Positions 36,817 through 47,003 of a stretch of DNA of 64,000 nt are shown here, piece after piece. Within the stretch, counting starts at the first letter, position 1. Each line of letters begins with the position of its first letter. Made by a program: the position numbers and the translations under genes. The stretch is from Candidatus Gastranaerophilaceae bacterium. GTDB lineage: Bacteria; Cyanobacteriota; Vampirovibrionia; Gastranaerophilales; Gastranaerophilaceae. The stretch is taken from the NCBI GenBank assembly GCA_051874955.1, contig JBJEGJ010000055.1, positions 127,094 through 191,093 of the forward strand, read 5' to 3'. The notes beneath the pieces are model-generated. The model was not told the origin of the DNA and searched no databases. It saw only the letters and a list, made by a program, of their open reading frames with translations.

Positions 36817-38184
36817 ATGAAATTTTCGTCATCTTTTAAAGTTGGGTTATTGACATTAGTAGCATTGGTTCTATTAGTCGGAACTGTGTTAAAGGTTAAG
36901 GGCAGAGCTTTTTCATCAGCGGAAAGAGTTGAAATCCAATTTAAGGATGTTAACGGATTAAGACCCGGAGCAGGTGTTCAAATTATGGGTTTGAAGGTTG
37001 GTCAGGTTGAAGAAATTACTCCTGTTGCCAACGGAGAAGACAGTTATGTCAATGTAAAATTTGTAATTACCGATCCGTCGGTTAAAATTCCGAGAGCTTC
37101 GTCGTTCTCAATTCAGCAATCGGGTATAATCGGGGAATTGTTTTTGGAAATAACTCCGCCGCGTACAAGAACTATATATATTCCAATGGAGAACAGACAT
37201 TTGTTATACAAAAATGACCCTGTTCAAATGAAATTGAGCGAAAAGTATTATGACGTTGGTGTGATTAAGTCTGTGGATGTCATTTCTCGGGATTCCGTAC
37301 CGTTTAATTACAAAAATAATATAAAAACCCCTTATGCTTACAGGGTAGATTTTTTCATCAATTTACCGGGCTTGATATTGCCGGAATTTATAAGAGGTGC
37401 AGCGGTTACTTATGAAAACGAACATAAGTTAAGATTGACTCCGCTTGACGATATGCCTATTGCATATCCAAAGCAGGAATCTCCTTATACAATAATTGAA
37501 CCGATGAGATTGTCTGACTTTTTGGATTGGCAATATAAGGCTGCAGAAACTTTAACCGAAACAAACCGCAAAGTTAACGAGATTTTGACGGATGAAACAA
37601 TTGCGGATTTGAAAAAGACGGTTGCTAATCTTGATATGTTGACGGCTAAATCAAATGTGACACTTACAAAAGTTGATGCGTTGTTAGATTCATCTCAAGC
37701 CGATATTGAGCAATTATTGGCAATGACTCAGCAGGCGACTGATGATTTCTCAAGACTTTCTGCAAATATTAATAACATAATCGGAGATGCTCACTTTAAA
37801 ACAAAACTTATGTCTACAGCAGAATCGGTTGATCAGTTGTCAAGAAATTTAAATAAAGTTATGGATGCTGCCGATGCTGAGGCTACCGGTAAAAACTTGA
37901 AAATTATTGCAGAAAACTTGTCACAAATTAGCGAAAGTGTTAATTCGATTACAAAAGATGATAAGTTGAAAAACCAAATAACAACAGCAATTACAAATGT
38001 AAACAATGCAATGGTTGAAGTGTCTACAGCTTTAGATACCGTAAACTCAGTCAGCCCGACAAGTCCAAATCAAGCATCTGATTTGAAACGTATAGTTGAG
38101 GATACTGTTGTTACTACCGCAAACTTAAGAAAATTCTCCGATAAATTGAATAAGAGATTTTTACTGTTCAGATTGTTGTTCTAA
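36817..38184 (+). CDS. MlaD/MCE-domain protein with a long C-terminal coiled coil
   Basis: N-terminal TM plus MCE domain (VEIQFKDVNGLRPGAGVQIMGLKVGQVEEI). Confidence 0.8.
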   Translation: MKFSSSFKVGLLTLVALVLLVGTVLKVKGRAFSSAERVEIQFKDVNGLRPGAGVQIMGLKVGQVEEITPVANGEDSYVNVKFVITDPSVKIPRASSFSIQQSGIIGELFLEITPPRTRTIYIPMENRHLLYKNDPVQMKLSEKYYDVGVIKSVDVISRDSVPFNYKNNIKTPYAYRVDFFINLPGLILPEFIRGAAVTYENEHKLRLTPLDDMPIAYPKQESPYTIIEPMRLSDFLDWQYKAAETLTETNRKVNEILTDETIADLKKTVANLDMLTAKSNVTLTKVDALLDSSQADIEQLLAMTQQATDDFSRLSANINNIIGDAHFKTKLMSTAESVDQLSRNLNKVMDAADAEATGKNLKIIAENLSQISESVNSITKDDKLKNQITTAITNVNNAMVEVSTALDTVNSVSPTSPNQASDLKRIVEDTVVTTANLRKFSDKLNKRFLLFRLLF

Positions 38185-38185
38185 T

Positions 38186-39205
38186 ATGAAAAATATAAAA
38201 ACCGAAATTACAAAAATACATTATACAAGAAATCCTGAGGGAATTTTGTTTGATTTCCTTAAGTTCTGTTCGTATTTTTACGGTTTTGGAAGCAGGGTTA
38301 AAAACTATTTGTACGATAAGAAAATATTAAAACCTAAAAAGGTAAATGCTTATGTAATTTCTGTCGGAAATATGACAACCGGCGGCGTTGGGAAAACTCC
38401 TGTTGTTTCCGAAATTGCAAAATATGTTATCGCGCAGGGTAAAAAAACAGCTATAGTGTCAAGAGGTTACGGCGGCAGACTTGCTAATAAGAATGTAAAC
38501 CTTATATCTGACGGGAAAACAATATATTTCGATGCGCTTTTATCAGGAGATGAACCGTATTGGTTGGCTGAAAATACTCCGGAATGTTACGTGTTTACTT
38601 GCAAAAACAGGTATTTGGCGGCAAAACAAGCTGTGGAAAAATATGGGGTTGAAGTTATTATTTTGGATGACGGATTTCAGCACAGAAAACTTTATCGGGA
38701 TATGGATATTGTATTAATGGATAGCGTTAAAGGTTTCGGGAACGAAAATTTATTGCCTGCGGGTCCGTTAAGAGAGGGTAATGAAGCGCTTGAACGTATT
38801 GATAAATTTGTTGTCGTCAGTAAAAGTTTCAAGCATGATATTGCAGAAAAAGTCGCAAAAATAATGCAAAAGCGTTTAAAAATACCTACGAGTATTTGTT
38901 ATACCGAACCGGATTATGTTTATAATATTAAGACAGGTCAAAGATTGATGGAAGGACTTGCGGTGACTGCGATGTGCGCAATTGGTCAACCTCAGCAATT
39001 TTATGATTTTCTGTCGGGATATCAAATTGCGAAAACAGTTACGTTTGATGATCATCATCAGTATGCGCCGATTGACCTTGTCGATATTACCGGAAGTATT
39101 ATTACAACCGAAAAAGATGCGGTTAAACTTGCAAGGTTTGATAGAGATAATATTTATGCCCTGCGTCTTAAAACGACAATTGATGTTGAAAATCTTTTAA
39201 TGTAA
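38186..39205 (+). CDS. lpxK: Tetraacyldisaccharide 4'-kinase
   Basis: P-loop VISVGNMTTGGVGKTP and the ILDDGFQH motif. Confidence 0.92.
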   Translation: MKNIKTEITKIHYTRNPEGILFDFLKFCSYFYGFGSRVKNYLYDKKILKPKKVNAYVISVGNMTTGGVGKTPVVSEIAKYVIAQGKKTAIVSRGYGGRLANKNVNLISDGKTIYFDALLSGDEPYWLAENTPECYVFTCKNRYLAAKQAVEKYGVEVIILDDGFQHRKLYRDMDIVLMDSVKGFGNENLLPAGPLREGNEALERIDKFVVVSKSFKHDIAEKVAKIMQKRLKIPTSICYTEPDYVYNIKTGQRLMEGLAVTAMCAIGQPQQFYDFLSGYQIAKTVTFDDHHQYAPIDLVDITGSIITTEKDAVKLARFDRDNIYALRLKTTIDVENLLM

Positions 39206-39217
39206 GGGTTTGTAAAA

Positions 39218-39850
39218 ATGGAAGTGAATATTGAAAAAGTAGTTAAAACTTTAGAGTCTGCAAAACAGCCGCAGAGTGATTTTGTAAAATTGATGGATAG
39301 TTTTAAAAATCCTTATCTTGTTTTGATTGCCTGTATTTTGAGTTTACGAACTAATGACAGAACAACATATCCTGCGACATTGAGAATGCTTGAACTTGCT
39401 AAAACTCCGCAGGATATGCTATGTGTGGATGAACAGGATTTGGTGAAAGCTATTTATCCTGTCGGGTTTTATAAAAACAAAGCGGGACAAATTATTGAAC
39501 TTTCTAAAAGGATTGTTGAAGAATACAATGGAGAAGTTCCTGATAGTATAGATGAACTTTGCAAATTTCGCGGAGTCGGAAGAAAGACCGCAAATTTGGT
39601 GATGTCTTTAGGGTTTGGAAAACCTGCAATTTGTGTTGATGTTCATGTCCATAGGATTTTTAACCGCTTGGGGTATATAAAAACAAAAAATCCTGAGGAA
39701 ACAGAATTTGCGCTCAGGGAAAAGTTACCTGTTGAATACTGGATACCAATTAACACATTATTGGTAACGCATGGTCAAAATGTTTGTAAACCGATTAAAC
39801 CGATGTGTGATGTTTGCCCTGTTGCATCTTGTTGCAATAAGTTAATATAG
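39218..39850 (+). CDS. nth: Endonuclease III
   Basis: HhH-GPD (FRGVGRKTANLV), a catalytic-type K/D context, and a C-terminal 4Fe-4S cluster CKPIKPMCDVCPVASCC. Confidence 0.92.
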   Translation: MEVNIEKVVKTLESAKQPQSDFVKLMDSFKNPYLVLIACILSLRTNDRTTYPATLRMLELAKTPQDMLCVDEQDLVKAIYPVGFYKNKAGQIIELSKRIVEEYNGEVPDSIDELCKFRGVGRKTANLVMSLGFGKPAICVDVHVHRIFNRLGYIKTKNPEETEFALREKLPVEYWIPINTLLVTHGQNVCKPIKPMCDVCPVASCCNKLI

Positions 39851-39984
39851 TTGTTTTTTATGTTTTTGATTAAATTACTTGATTTTTACCACTAAAATAT
39901 GCTAATATTATTGTATTAATTGCCTTATTCTTTTAGTGTACGGGCAGTTGTGGGTTAATACAATTGAATAAATAGGAGATTGAA

Positions 39985-40479
39985 ATGAGTGTTGCAAATC
40001 CTCATAAAATCGATACTGCTAAGTTAGATGAGATAATGCAGTCTTATGATTGGAAAAAATCTAACTTAATAGCGATTTTACAAAAAGTGCAGGAAGAATA
40101 TAAGTATCTTCCTGAAAATGCGTTGATTTATATCGGAACAAAAATGGAAGGGCTGTCACCTGCAACGGTATACGGTGTTGCAACATTTTATGCACAGTTT
40201 TCACTTGATCCGAAAGGTAAGTATGAAATCAAAGTTTGTGATGGCACGGCGTGCCACGTTAGAGGTTCAATGCCTGTATTGAACGCGATTAAAGCCCGTT
40301 TGGATTTAAAAGACGGGCAAATGACGACAGAAGACGGACTTTTCTCGTTAGAAACCGTTAGTTGTCTTGGTGCTTGCGGACTTGCTCCTGTATGTGTTAT
40401 AAACGGTAAAGTTTATCCGCAAATGACATCAGATGCAATAAAAGTAATTTTAGATACTCTGTTAGATGGAGAACATTAA
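39985..40479 (+). CDS. hydC: NuoE-like 2Fe-2S subunit of the bifurcating [FeFe] hydrogenase (HydC/HndA)
   Basis: Thioredoxin-like 2Fe-2S motif CDGTAC ... SCLGACGLAP. Confidence 0.88.
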   Translation: MSVANPHKIDTAKLDEIMQSYDWKKSNLIAILQKVQEEYKYLPENALIYIGTKMEGLSPATVYGVATFYAQFSLDPKGKYEIKVCDGTACHVRGSMPVLNAIKARLDLKDGQMTTEDGLFSLETVSCLGACGLAPVCVINGKVYPQMTSDAIKVILDTLLDGEH

Positions 40480-42343
40480 TATGGAAGATACTATGGTGAA
40501 TATTGATATAAAACAAGAACAGCTTAAAGCACAGGAAGAAATCAAATCTCAAGGTTTGAGAGTTCTTGTATGTGCGGGAACAGGATGTGTTGCAAACGGT
40601 TCTATGCAGATTATTGAAAAATTTAAAGAGTTAGGTGCCGATGTTTCGGTCTTGACTGATTATGACAAAATGACCATTGTTCCGACCGGATGTCACGGTT
40701 TTTGTGAACAGGGGGTATTGGTCAGTATTCCTGATAAGCATGTAACTTATGTAAAAGTACATGTAGAAGATGTTGAGGAAATTTATGAAAGTCATATCAA
40801 AAACAATCAACCTGTAGAAAGACTTTTGTATACTGATCCTAAAACTCATGAAAAAATTTATAAGGACGAAGATATTAACTTTTACGCGAAGCAAACTCGT
40901 ACGGCGTTGGCAAATTGCGGTCATATAAATGCAGAATGTATTGATGAGGCAATTGCCGTTAGAGGTTATGAGGCATTGTCAAATGTTATTGCCCAAAATA
41001 ATCCGGATGCTGTTATTGATGAAATTGAAAAATCAGGACTTCGCGGCAGAGGTGGCGGAGGTTTTCCGACCGGCAGAAAATGGAGATTTACTGCTGCAAA
41101 CAGAGGCGGAAAATCTTATGTTGTTTGTAACGGAGATGAGGGTGATCCGGGTGCGTTTATGGATAGATCCGTTATGGAAGGCGATCCGCATAAACTTTTG
41201 GAAGGTATTGCGATTGCAGCATTTGCAATAGGTGCCGATGAAGCATATATTTATGTCAGAGCCGAATATCCTCTTGCTATCACACGATTGAGAAAAGCTA
41301 TAAAAGATGCCGAAGAACGTCATTTCTTAGGAAAAAATATTATGGGATCGGATTTTAATCTTGATATCCATATTAAAGAGGGTGCAGGAGCGTTTGTTTG
41401 CGGTGAAGAAACCGCACTTATTGCTTCAATTGAAGGTGAACGCGGTATGCCAAGACCAAAACCGCCATTCCCTGCAAATAAAGGTTTGTTTGGCAGACCG
41501 ACTCTTATTAATAACGTCGAAACATTGGCTAATGTTCCGGTAATTTTGTTAAAAGGTGCTGATTGGTTTGCATCAATGGGCACTGAAACTTCAAAAGGTA
41601 CAAAAACATTTGCGTTGACCGGTGAAGTTAATAATACCGGCTTAATTGAAGTTCCAATGGGTACAACATTGCGGGATATTGTTTTTGATATCGGCGGAGG
41701 TATCAGAAACGGTAAAAAATTCAAAGCCGTGCAAATTGGCGGGCCGTCAGGCGGTTGTTTGACAGAAGAACATCTTGATATCCCAATGGATTACGACAAC
41801 CTTATTAAAGCGGGTGCGATGGTCGGTTCAGGCGGATTGGTTGTTATGGCGGAAGATACCTGTATTGTTGAAGTTGCAAGATTTTTCATGAACTTTACCC
41901 AGCACGAAAGCTGCGGAAAATGTGTTCCGTGTCGTGAGGGTACAAAAAATATGTTGAAAATCTTGGAAAAAATAGTTGCCGGAAAAGGCGAAATGAGCGA
42001 TATAGAATTACTGGAAGATTTGGCAAAAGCGGTTAAAGACGGTTCTTTATGCGGCTTAGGTAAGACTGCGCCAAACCCTGTATTGTCTACTTTGAAATAC
42101 TTTAAAGATGAATATATTGCTCACATAAAAGATAAGAAATGCCCTGCAGGTGTTTGTACCGCTATGAAAAAGATTGTTATTCAAGAATCTATTTGTAAGG
42201 GTTGTACAAAATGTGCAAGGACTTGTCCTGTTGGTGCAATTTCAGGAACTGTTAAACAGCCTCATCACATTGATCAATCTAAATGTATTAAATGTGAAGC
42301 ATGTTTAACTAACTGTCCGTTCAGAGCGATTGTACTAGAGTAA
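40466..42343 (+). CDS. hydB: NuoF-like FMN/NAD(P)H-binding subunit (HydB/HndC)
   Basis: GLRGRGGGGFPTG, the 4Fe-4S motif ESCGKCVPCREG, and a C-terminal 2x[4Fe-4S] ferredoxin domain. Confidence 0.92.
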   Translation: MENINMEDTMVNIDIKQEQLKAQEEIKSQGLRVLVCAGTGCVANGSMQIIEKFKELGADVSVLTDYDKMTIVPTGCHGFCEQGVLVSIPDKHVTYVKVHVEDVEEIYESHIKNNQPVERLLYTDPKTHEKIYKDEDINFYAKQTRTALANCGHINAECIDEAIAVRGYEALSNVIAQNNPDAVIDEIEKSGLRGRGGGGFPTGRKWRFTAANRGGKSYVVCNGDEGDPGAFMDRSVMEGDPHKLLEGIAIAAFAIGADEAYIYVRAEYPLAITRLRKAIKDAEERHFLGKNIMGSDFNLDIHIKEGAGAFVCGEETALIASIEGERGMPRPKPPFPANKGLFGRPTLINNVETLANVPVILLKGADWFASMGTETSKGTKTFALTGEVNNTGLIEVPMGTTLRDIVFDIGGGIRNGKKFKAVQIGGPSGGCLTEEHLDIPMDYDNLIKAGAMVGSGGLVVMAEDTCIVEVARFFMNFTQHESCGKCVPCREGTKNMLKILEKIVAGKGEMSDIELLEDLAKAVKDGSLCGLGKTAPNPVLSTLKYFKDEYIAHIKDKKCPAGVCTAMKKIVIQESICKGCTKCARTCPVGAISGTVKQPHHIDQSKCIKCEACLTNCPFRAIVLE

Positions 42344-42360
42344 TATAAGGAATAAAAATT

Positions 42361-44112
42361 ATGACAGATAAAAAAACATTATTTATAGACGGCAAAGAGG
42401 TTGAATTTACCGATGAACCTAATTTGCTTGAAGTAATCCGCAAAGCAGGCATGAATGTTCCGACATTCTGTTACAGACCTGATTTGACATCATTTGGTGC
42501 ATGCAGAATGTGTGTTGTTGAAGTTGAGGGACGTGGTATTCAATCTTCTTGTACTATGCCTCCCGAAAACGGATTAAAAATTCATTTGAATACCGAAAGA
42601 ACTCGCAGAATACGTAAGACGGTGTTGGAATTGTTGCTCGCAAATCACGATAAAAAGTGTTTGACTTGTAACCGTAACGGTAATTGTGAGTTGCAGCAAT
42701 ATGCGCAAGAATACGGTATAAAAGATATCAGATTTCCTGATAAAGCCTTAGAAGATTACCTTCCGGTTGATGATTCAAGCCCTTCTTTGGTTAGAGATCC
42801 GAATAAATGTATTTTATGCGGAGCTTGTGTAAGGGCTTGTGCGGAATTTCAAGGTCATGCAGTTTTAGGCTTTGCAAATCGCGGGTCAAAAACGGTAGTT
42901 CAACCAACGGCAGGCAGACCAATGGGACAGGTTGATTGTGTAAATTGCGGTCAGTGTGCTGCGGTTTGCCCGACAGGAGCTTTATCAATAAAAGATGAAA
43001 CAGATAAAGTATGGAATGAAATTACAAATCCTGCAAAAACGGTTGTTGTTCAAATGGCACCTGCAACTCGTGTTGCTTTGGGTGAAATGTTCGGGTTGCC
43101 TGCGGGTGAAAATACTATTGGTTTAATGAATGCAGCCCTCAGAAAAATCGGATTTAATCTTGTATTTGATACGAATTTTTCGGCTGATTTAACAATTATG
43201 GAAGAAGCAACGGAATTTCTGGAAAGGTTAAAATCAGGAGAAAATCTTCCGCTGTTTACATCCTGCTGTCCTGCGTGGGTAAAATATTTAGAAGATCAAC
43301 ACCCTGAAATGCTGCATCATTTGTCGAGCTGTAAATCTCCAATGGGGATGCTTTCTCCTGTTTTGGTTGATTTAGTTCCGAAATATTTTAACGTAGTAAG
43401 AGAAAATTTGGTTGTTGTTGCCGTAATGCCTTGTACCGCTAAAAAGTATGAGTGCAAACGCCCTGAAATGTATCGTAACGGCAGACCTGATACGGATTAT
43501 GTTATAACAACTCAAGAACTGGGTCGCATGATAAAAGCTGCAGGTATTGATTTTAAAGCATTGACACCTGAACCAAATGATTCTCCGTTTGGTGAATATT
43601 CCGGTGCCGGTACAATATTTGGAACATCAGGCGGTGTTGCTGAAGCTGCAGCAAGAACAGCTTACGAGTTTGCAACGGGTGAACCTCTTAATGATGTTGA
43701 TATAAAACCTATGCGTGGTACAACAAATCGTTCTAAAAGTATTGAACTTGATATAAAAGGTCAAAAACTTGTAGTGAGAGTTGTTTCTACGTTGAAAGAG
43801 GCTGAAAAGGCTATCCGAGAAATAAAAGAGGGTAAGGCGAATTTCCAATTACTTGAGGTAATGGCTTGTCCGGGCGGTTGCGTAAACGGTGGCGGTCAGC
43901 CGAGAAGTTGTGATAATTCCAAGTTAAAACAAGAACGTGCAGATGGTTTATACAAAGAGGATACGGAATTACCTGTTCGTAAATCTCACATGAACCCGTC
44001 TATTCAGAAACTTTATCAGGAATATTTGGAATATCCTAATTCACATAAAGCTCATGAGCTTCTACATACGGCATACCAAAATAAGTTTGTCGGTTCGTAT
44101 AAAGACGTTTAA
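42361..44112 (+). CDS. hydA: [FeFe] hydrogenase catalytic subunit (group A, HydA)
   Basis: H-cluster motifs TSCCPAW, MPCTAKKYE and EVMACPGGCVNGGG, plus N-terminal 2Fe-2S and ferredoxin-like clusters. Confidence 0.95.
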   Translation: MTDKKTLFIDGKEVEFTDEPNLLEVIRKAGMNVPTFCYRPDLTSFGACRMCVVEVEGRGIQSSCTMPPENGLKIHLNTERTRRIRKTVLELLLANHDKKCLTCNRNGNCELQQYAQEYGIKDIRFPDKALEDYLPVDDSSPSLVRDPNKCILCGACVRACAEFQGHAVLGFANRGSKTVVQPTAGRPMGQVDCVNCGQCAAVCPTGALSIKDETDKVWNEITNPAKTVVVQMAPATRVALGEMFGLPAGENTIGLMNAALRKIGFNLVFDTNFSADLTIMEEATEFLERLKSGENLPLFTSCCPAWVKYLEDQHPEMLHHLSSCKSPMGMLSPVLVDLVPKYFNVVRENLVVVAVMPCTAKKYECKRPEMYRNGRPDTDYVITTQELGRMIKAAGIDFKALTPEPNDSPFGEYSGAGTIFGTSGGVAEAAARTAYEFATGEPLNDVDIKPMRGTTNRSKSIELDIKGQKLVVRVVSTLKEAEKAIREIKEGKANFQLLEVMACPGGCVNGGGQPRSCDNSKLKQERADGLYKEDTELPVRKSHMNPSIQKLYQEYLEYPNSHKAHELLHTAYQNKFVGSYKDV

Positions 44113-44120
44113 TCATACAA

Positions 44121-44152
44121 AAAAGCCTCCTTATCAAAGGAGGCTTTTTTTA
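44121..44152. terminator. Bidirectional rho-independent terminator
   Basis: GCCTCCTT/AAGGAGGC stem with loop ATCA, flanked by an A-run and a T-run. It lies between convergent hydA and skp. Confidence 0.85.
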
Positions 44153-44165
44153 TTAAATAAATAAA

Positions 44166-44615
44166 TTACTTAACTATTTTAATAATTTTAGCTGTGATAT
44201 CTTCACCGCCGTATAATACGATACCTTTACTCAAAACCATGCTATAACCGTCAAGTTTTGCTTGTGTTGCAATTTGTTGAGAAATTGATGTGTCAATAGC
44301 TTTTAGTTTTTCAGCATAATCTTTGTCCATTACTTCTTTCTTTGCTTGAAGTTCTTTTGAGTATTTTTCTTCAGCAGCTTTTTTCTTGGTTGCGTCTGTG
44401 ATGCTTGCAACATCTTTTCTTGCATTTTCAATAAATTTTATAATTTCGTTAGATTTAGCTTGCTGTTCCTTTTTAAGAGCTTGAACTTTCGCTGATGCGT
44501 TCACAACTTGCGGAACATCAACAACTGCAACTTTAAAATCCTGAGCTTGAGCGGCAACATTGAATGATAAACCGCAAATTACAGCGATTGCTGCGAATAG
44601 ACCTAGTTTTTTCAT
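44166..44615 (-). CDS. skp: OmpH/Skp periplasmic chaperone
   Basis: Signal peptide, the VAVVDVPQV start, and a K/E/A-rich helical body. 149 aa. Confidence 0.8.
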   Translation of the reverse strand: MKKLGLFAAIAVICGLSFNVAAQAQDFKVAVVDVPQVVNASAKVQALKKEQQAKSNEIIKFIENARKDVASITDATKKKAAEEKYSKELQAKKEVMDKDYAEKLKAIDTSISQQIATQAKLDGYSMVLSKGIVLYGGEDITAKIIKIVK

Positions 44616-44887
44616 AATGCTTCTCCTTTGTTTATGAGTTCATGTTATCACAAAAAATAATTTATTGTATAGTCATTCATTTGGTTTATTTTCTTCGTTA
44701 CATCTTTACATGATTTGAGTAATTTAGTATAATGTCACCGTAGGTTTATAATAATCTTTTTAAGGCAAATTGTAACTAATTCTTAACAAAAGTTTAAAAA
44801 GGGTTTTTATTTAACCGTTATCGTAACACAATACAAGTAAAGATATAATTTAAGATATACAACTGGATATAAAATAAAACATAGAAG

Positions 44888-46927
44888 GTGAATAAAACAA
44901 TGAAGAAGGTTAAGAAAAGTAATAAGTTATCAGCGGCACTCCTGATGATTTGTGCATTATCCGTATCATCTGCTACAGGCGCTTATGCTGTGGGTGAGGG
45001 TATGGTCGGAACTGCAGGAAATGTGAATGCAGGTTTCGGTTATACGCACGGTATGATTCCTGTAATGAATGAAGTTGGTGGTACGACCATTCACGATAGA
45101 GATATGATGCGTTACGATAAAAATCGCCGTCAGAGTGCAGATGATTATTATCAATATGAACAAAAACGCTATGGTACAGGTGGTTCACCTGTTACAAATT
45201 ATGCCCCGCCGTCAATGTATCCTGATGTTATGAAGGCAACTGTTGATGAAGTTGGTTCAAAGGGCGTTTATGTAAATTCGATTGAGGTTTCGCCGTCTGA
45301 AATTCTTACAAGGGACGAAATCAATATGATTATCGGTCAATATGTCGGTCGTAACGTGTTTATGTCCGATATTCAACAGGCAATAAACGCGATTAACAAT
45401 TTATATGCAGAAAAAGGTTTTGTTACCGCAAGAGCATATCTTCCGGAACAGACCGTATCTAACGGAAATATAAGAATTGAACTTATTGAAAGTAAAATAG
45501 GTTCAATTACTGTTCTTAATAACAGATATACGACAGACAGATATATTTTAGATCGTATGCCTCAAGAACCGGGTGATTTGTTTGATATTGTTCACTTAGA
45601 GCAGGATGTTCTTGATTTTAACAGATATCATGACGGTGTAAACTTATCTGCAAACCTCAGAGCAGGTCAAATTCCCGGAACAACTGATATTGAATTGACT
45701 GCGGCAGAAACATTCCCGTTCCACTTAATCGGTATGATGGATAATGCGGGTCGTAGAAGTACAGGACAATTGAGAGGCGGTCCTGCTTTGGTTGCTGACA
45801 GTTTATTCCACCACAGAGATCAATTATCAATGGGTGCGTATATGTCAAAAGGTGCAACAAGCCCGTTCTTTGATTACAGTTACCCTATAAACAGAAAAGA
45901 CGGCAGAATCGGATTTACCTATTCTTCGACTTTTGCAAAAATTAAACACTTAGACAATCCTGTAGCACAACAGATTTTCGGTAACAGATTAAAGAGTTAC
46001 TCATATTTATACAGCTTGTACTATGATCAACCAATTGTAAGAAAAAGAGGCTTTGAATTAAAGACATTAGCTTCCTTGAATTACAAACGCTCAAGAACTT
46101 GGTCAACTACGGGAACTTTAATAGATGATTATATGAAAGACACCGATCAAGTTACAAGTATTGATTTGGGACTTAATATGAGAAAAGATACCAAGTATGG
46201 TATTTGGTATTTAAGTCAGGCAGCATCTATGGCTATTCCTATATTTGACAGCGAATCAAGTTATTTCAAATTAAGTGGTGGCTTATTGAGATTGCATGAC
46301 TTTTCTCACGGTATAATCGGTCAATTACGCGGTAGTTATCAGGTAATACCTAACAGCAAACATATTCCTTATTTGGATCAATTCCAATCAGGTGGTTTGG
46401 CTACTGTTAGAGGTTATTCCGAAGGTGTTATGCTTGGTAAGAGCGGATACTTCTTCAGCGGTGAATTGATGTTCCCTCTCGGACCGAGAACATATACAAA
46501 TAAAGACGGATATACTCGTAATTTTATCGGTAACTACTTGAAAGGTGCAATATTTGCTGATACAGCGGGTGTATTCCCTTATGTCGGAGAAGATGTTTAT
46601 AACGGAAGTTATTTCTTGGCATCTGTCGGTATGGGTGTAAGGGTTCAATTACCGGGTGACTTAAGTGCTCGTTTATATTGGGGCTATCCGCTGATTAACA
46701 ATGCTTATGAAAATCACAGACACATGGGCAGATTCCACTTTGATTTGACACTTGAACCTGATTTTGGTGCATTGTTGGCAAAACGCTCAACAAAAGCTGA
46801 ACCTGCTCCGCAGCAGCCGGCTCCGCAACCACAGCCGAAGTTAGCTCCTGTAGAACCTGTGCCGAATAACTATGATGATATCAGACACTATGACTACTTG
46901 TTAGACGGTTCTGCAACATCATTATAA
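44888..46927 (+). CDS. ShlB/FhaC/HecB-type (TpsB) outer-membrane transporter with POTRA domains
   Basis: Signal peptide, POTRA segments (IELIESKIGSITVLNN, LEQDVLDFNR) and a beta-barrel ending ...FHFDLTLEPDF. A 53-aa P/Q-rich tail follows the barrel. Confidence 0.8.
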   Translation: MNKTMKKVKKSNKLSAALLMICALSVSSATGAYAVGEGMVGTAGNVNAGFGYTHGMIPVMNEVGGTTIHDRDMMRYDKNRRQSADDYYQYEQKRYGTGGSPVTNYAPPSMYPDVMKATVDEVGSKGVYVNSIEVSPSEILTRDEINMIIGQYVGRNVFMSDIQQAINAINNLYAEKGFVTARAYLPEQTVSNGNIRIELIESKIGSITVLNNRYTTDRYILDRMPQEPGDLFDIVHLEQDVLDFNRYHDGVNLSANLRAGQIPGTTDIELTAAETFPFHLIGMMDNAGRRSTGQLRGGPALVADSLFHHRDQLSMGAYMSKGATSPFFDYSYPINRKDGRIGFTYSSTFAKIKHLDNPVAQQIFGNRLKSYSYLYSLYYDQPIVRKRGFELKTLASLNYKRSRTWSTTGTLIDDYMKDTDQVTSIDLGLNMRKDTKYGIWYLSQAASMAIPIFDSESSYFKLSGGLLRLHDFSHGIIGQLRGSYQVIPNSKHIPYLDQFQSGGLATVRGYSEGVMLGKSGYFFSGELMFPLGPRTYTNKDGYTRNFIGNYLKGAIFADTAGVFPYVGEDVYNGSYFLASVGMGVRVQLPGDLSARLYWGYPLINNAYENHRHMGRFHFDLTLEPDFGALLAKRSTKAEPAPQQPAPQPQPKLAPVEPVPNNYDDIRHYDYLLDGSATSL

Positions 46928-46953
46928 TTGACAAAATCTTTTTGAGATATAAT

Positions 46954-46982
46954 ATAAGCGGTAACATTATGTTACCGCTTAT
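46954..46982 (+). terminator. Strong hairpin after the TpsB gene / before bioD
   Basis: ATAAGCGGTAACA/TGTTACCGCTTAT 13-bp stem with loop TTA, followed by the T-rich tract TTATTT. Confidence 0.65.
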
Positions 46983-47003
46983 TTATTTGAAAGGTATGTA
47001 TTT

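Noticed and set aside
44616-44887. Sigma-28-like site in the long spacer upstream of the TpsB gene (AAAAGTTT...)
   Set aside because: The -35-like AAAAGTTT is not followed by a GCCG-type -10 at the required spacing.
46954-46982. BirA (biotin repressor) operator upstream of bioD, because of TGTTACC-like half-sites
   Set aside because: The half-sites face each other with only a 3-nt gap. Known bioO sites have half-sites about 15 nt apart in the opposite arrangement. The element followed by T-rich sequence is better explained as the terminator of the TpsB gene.
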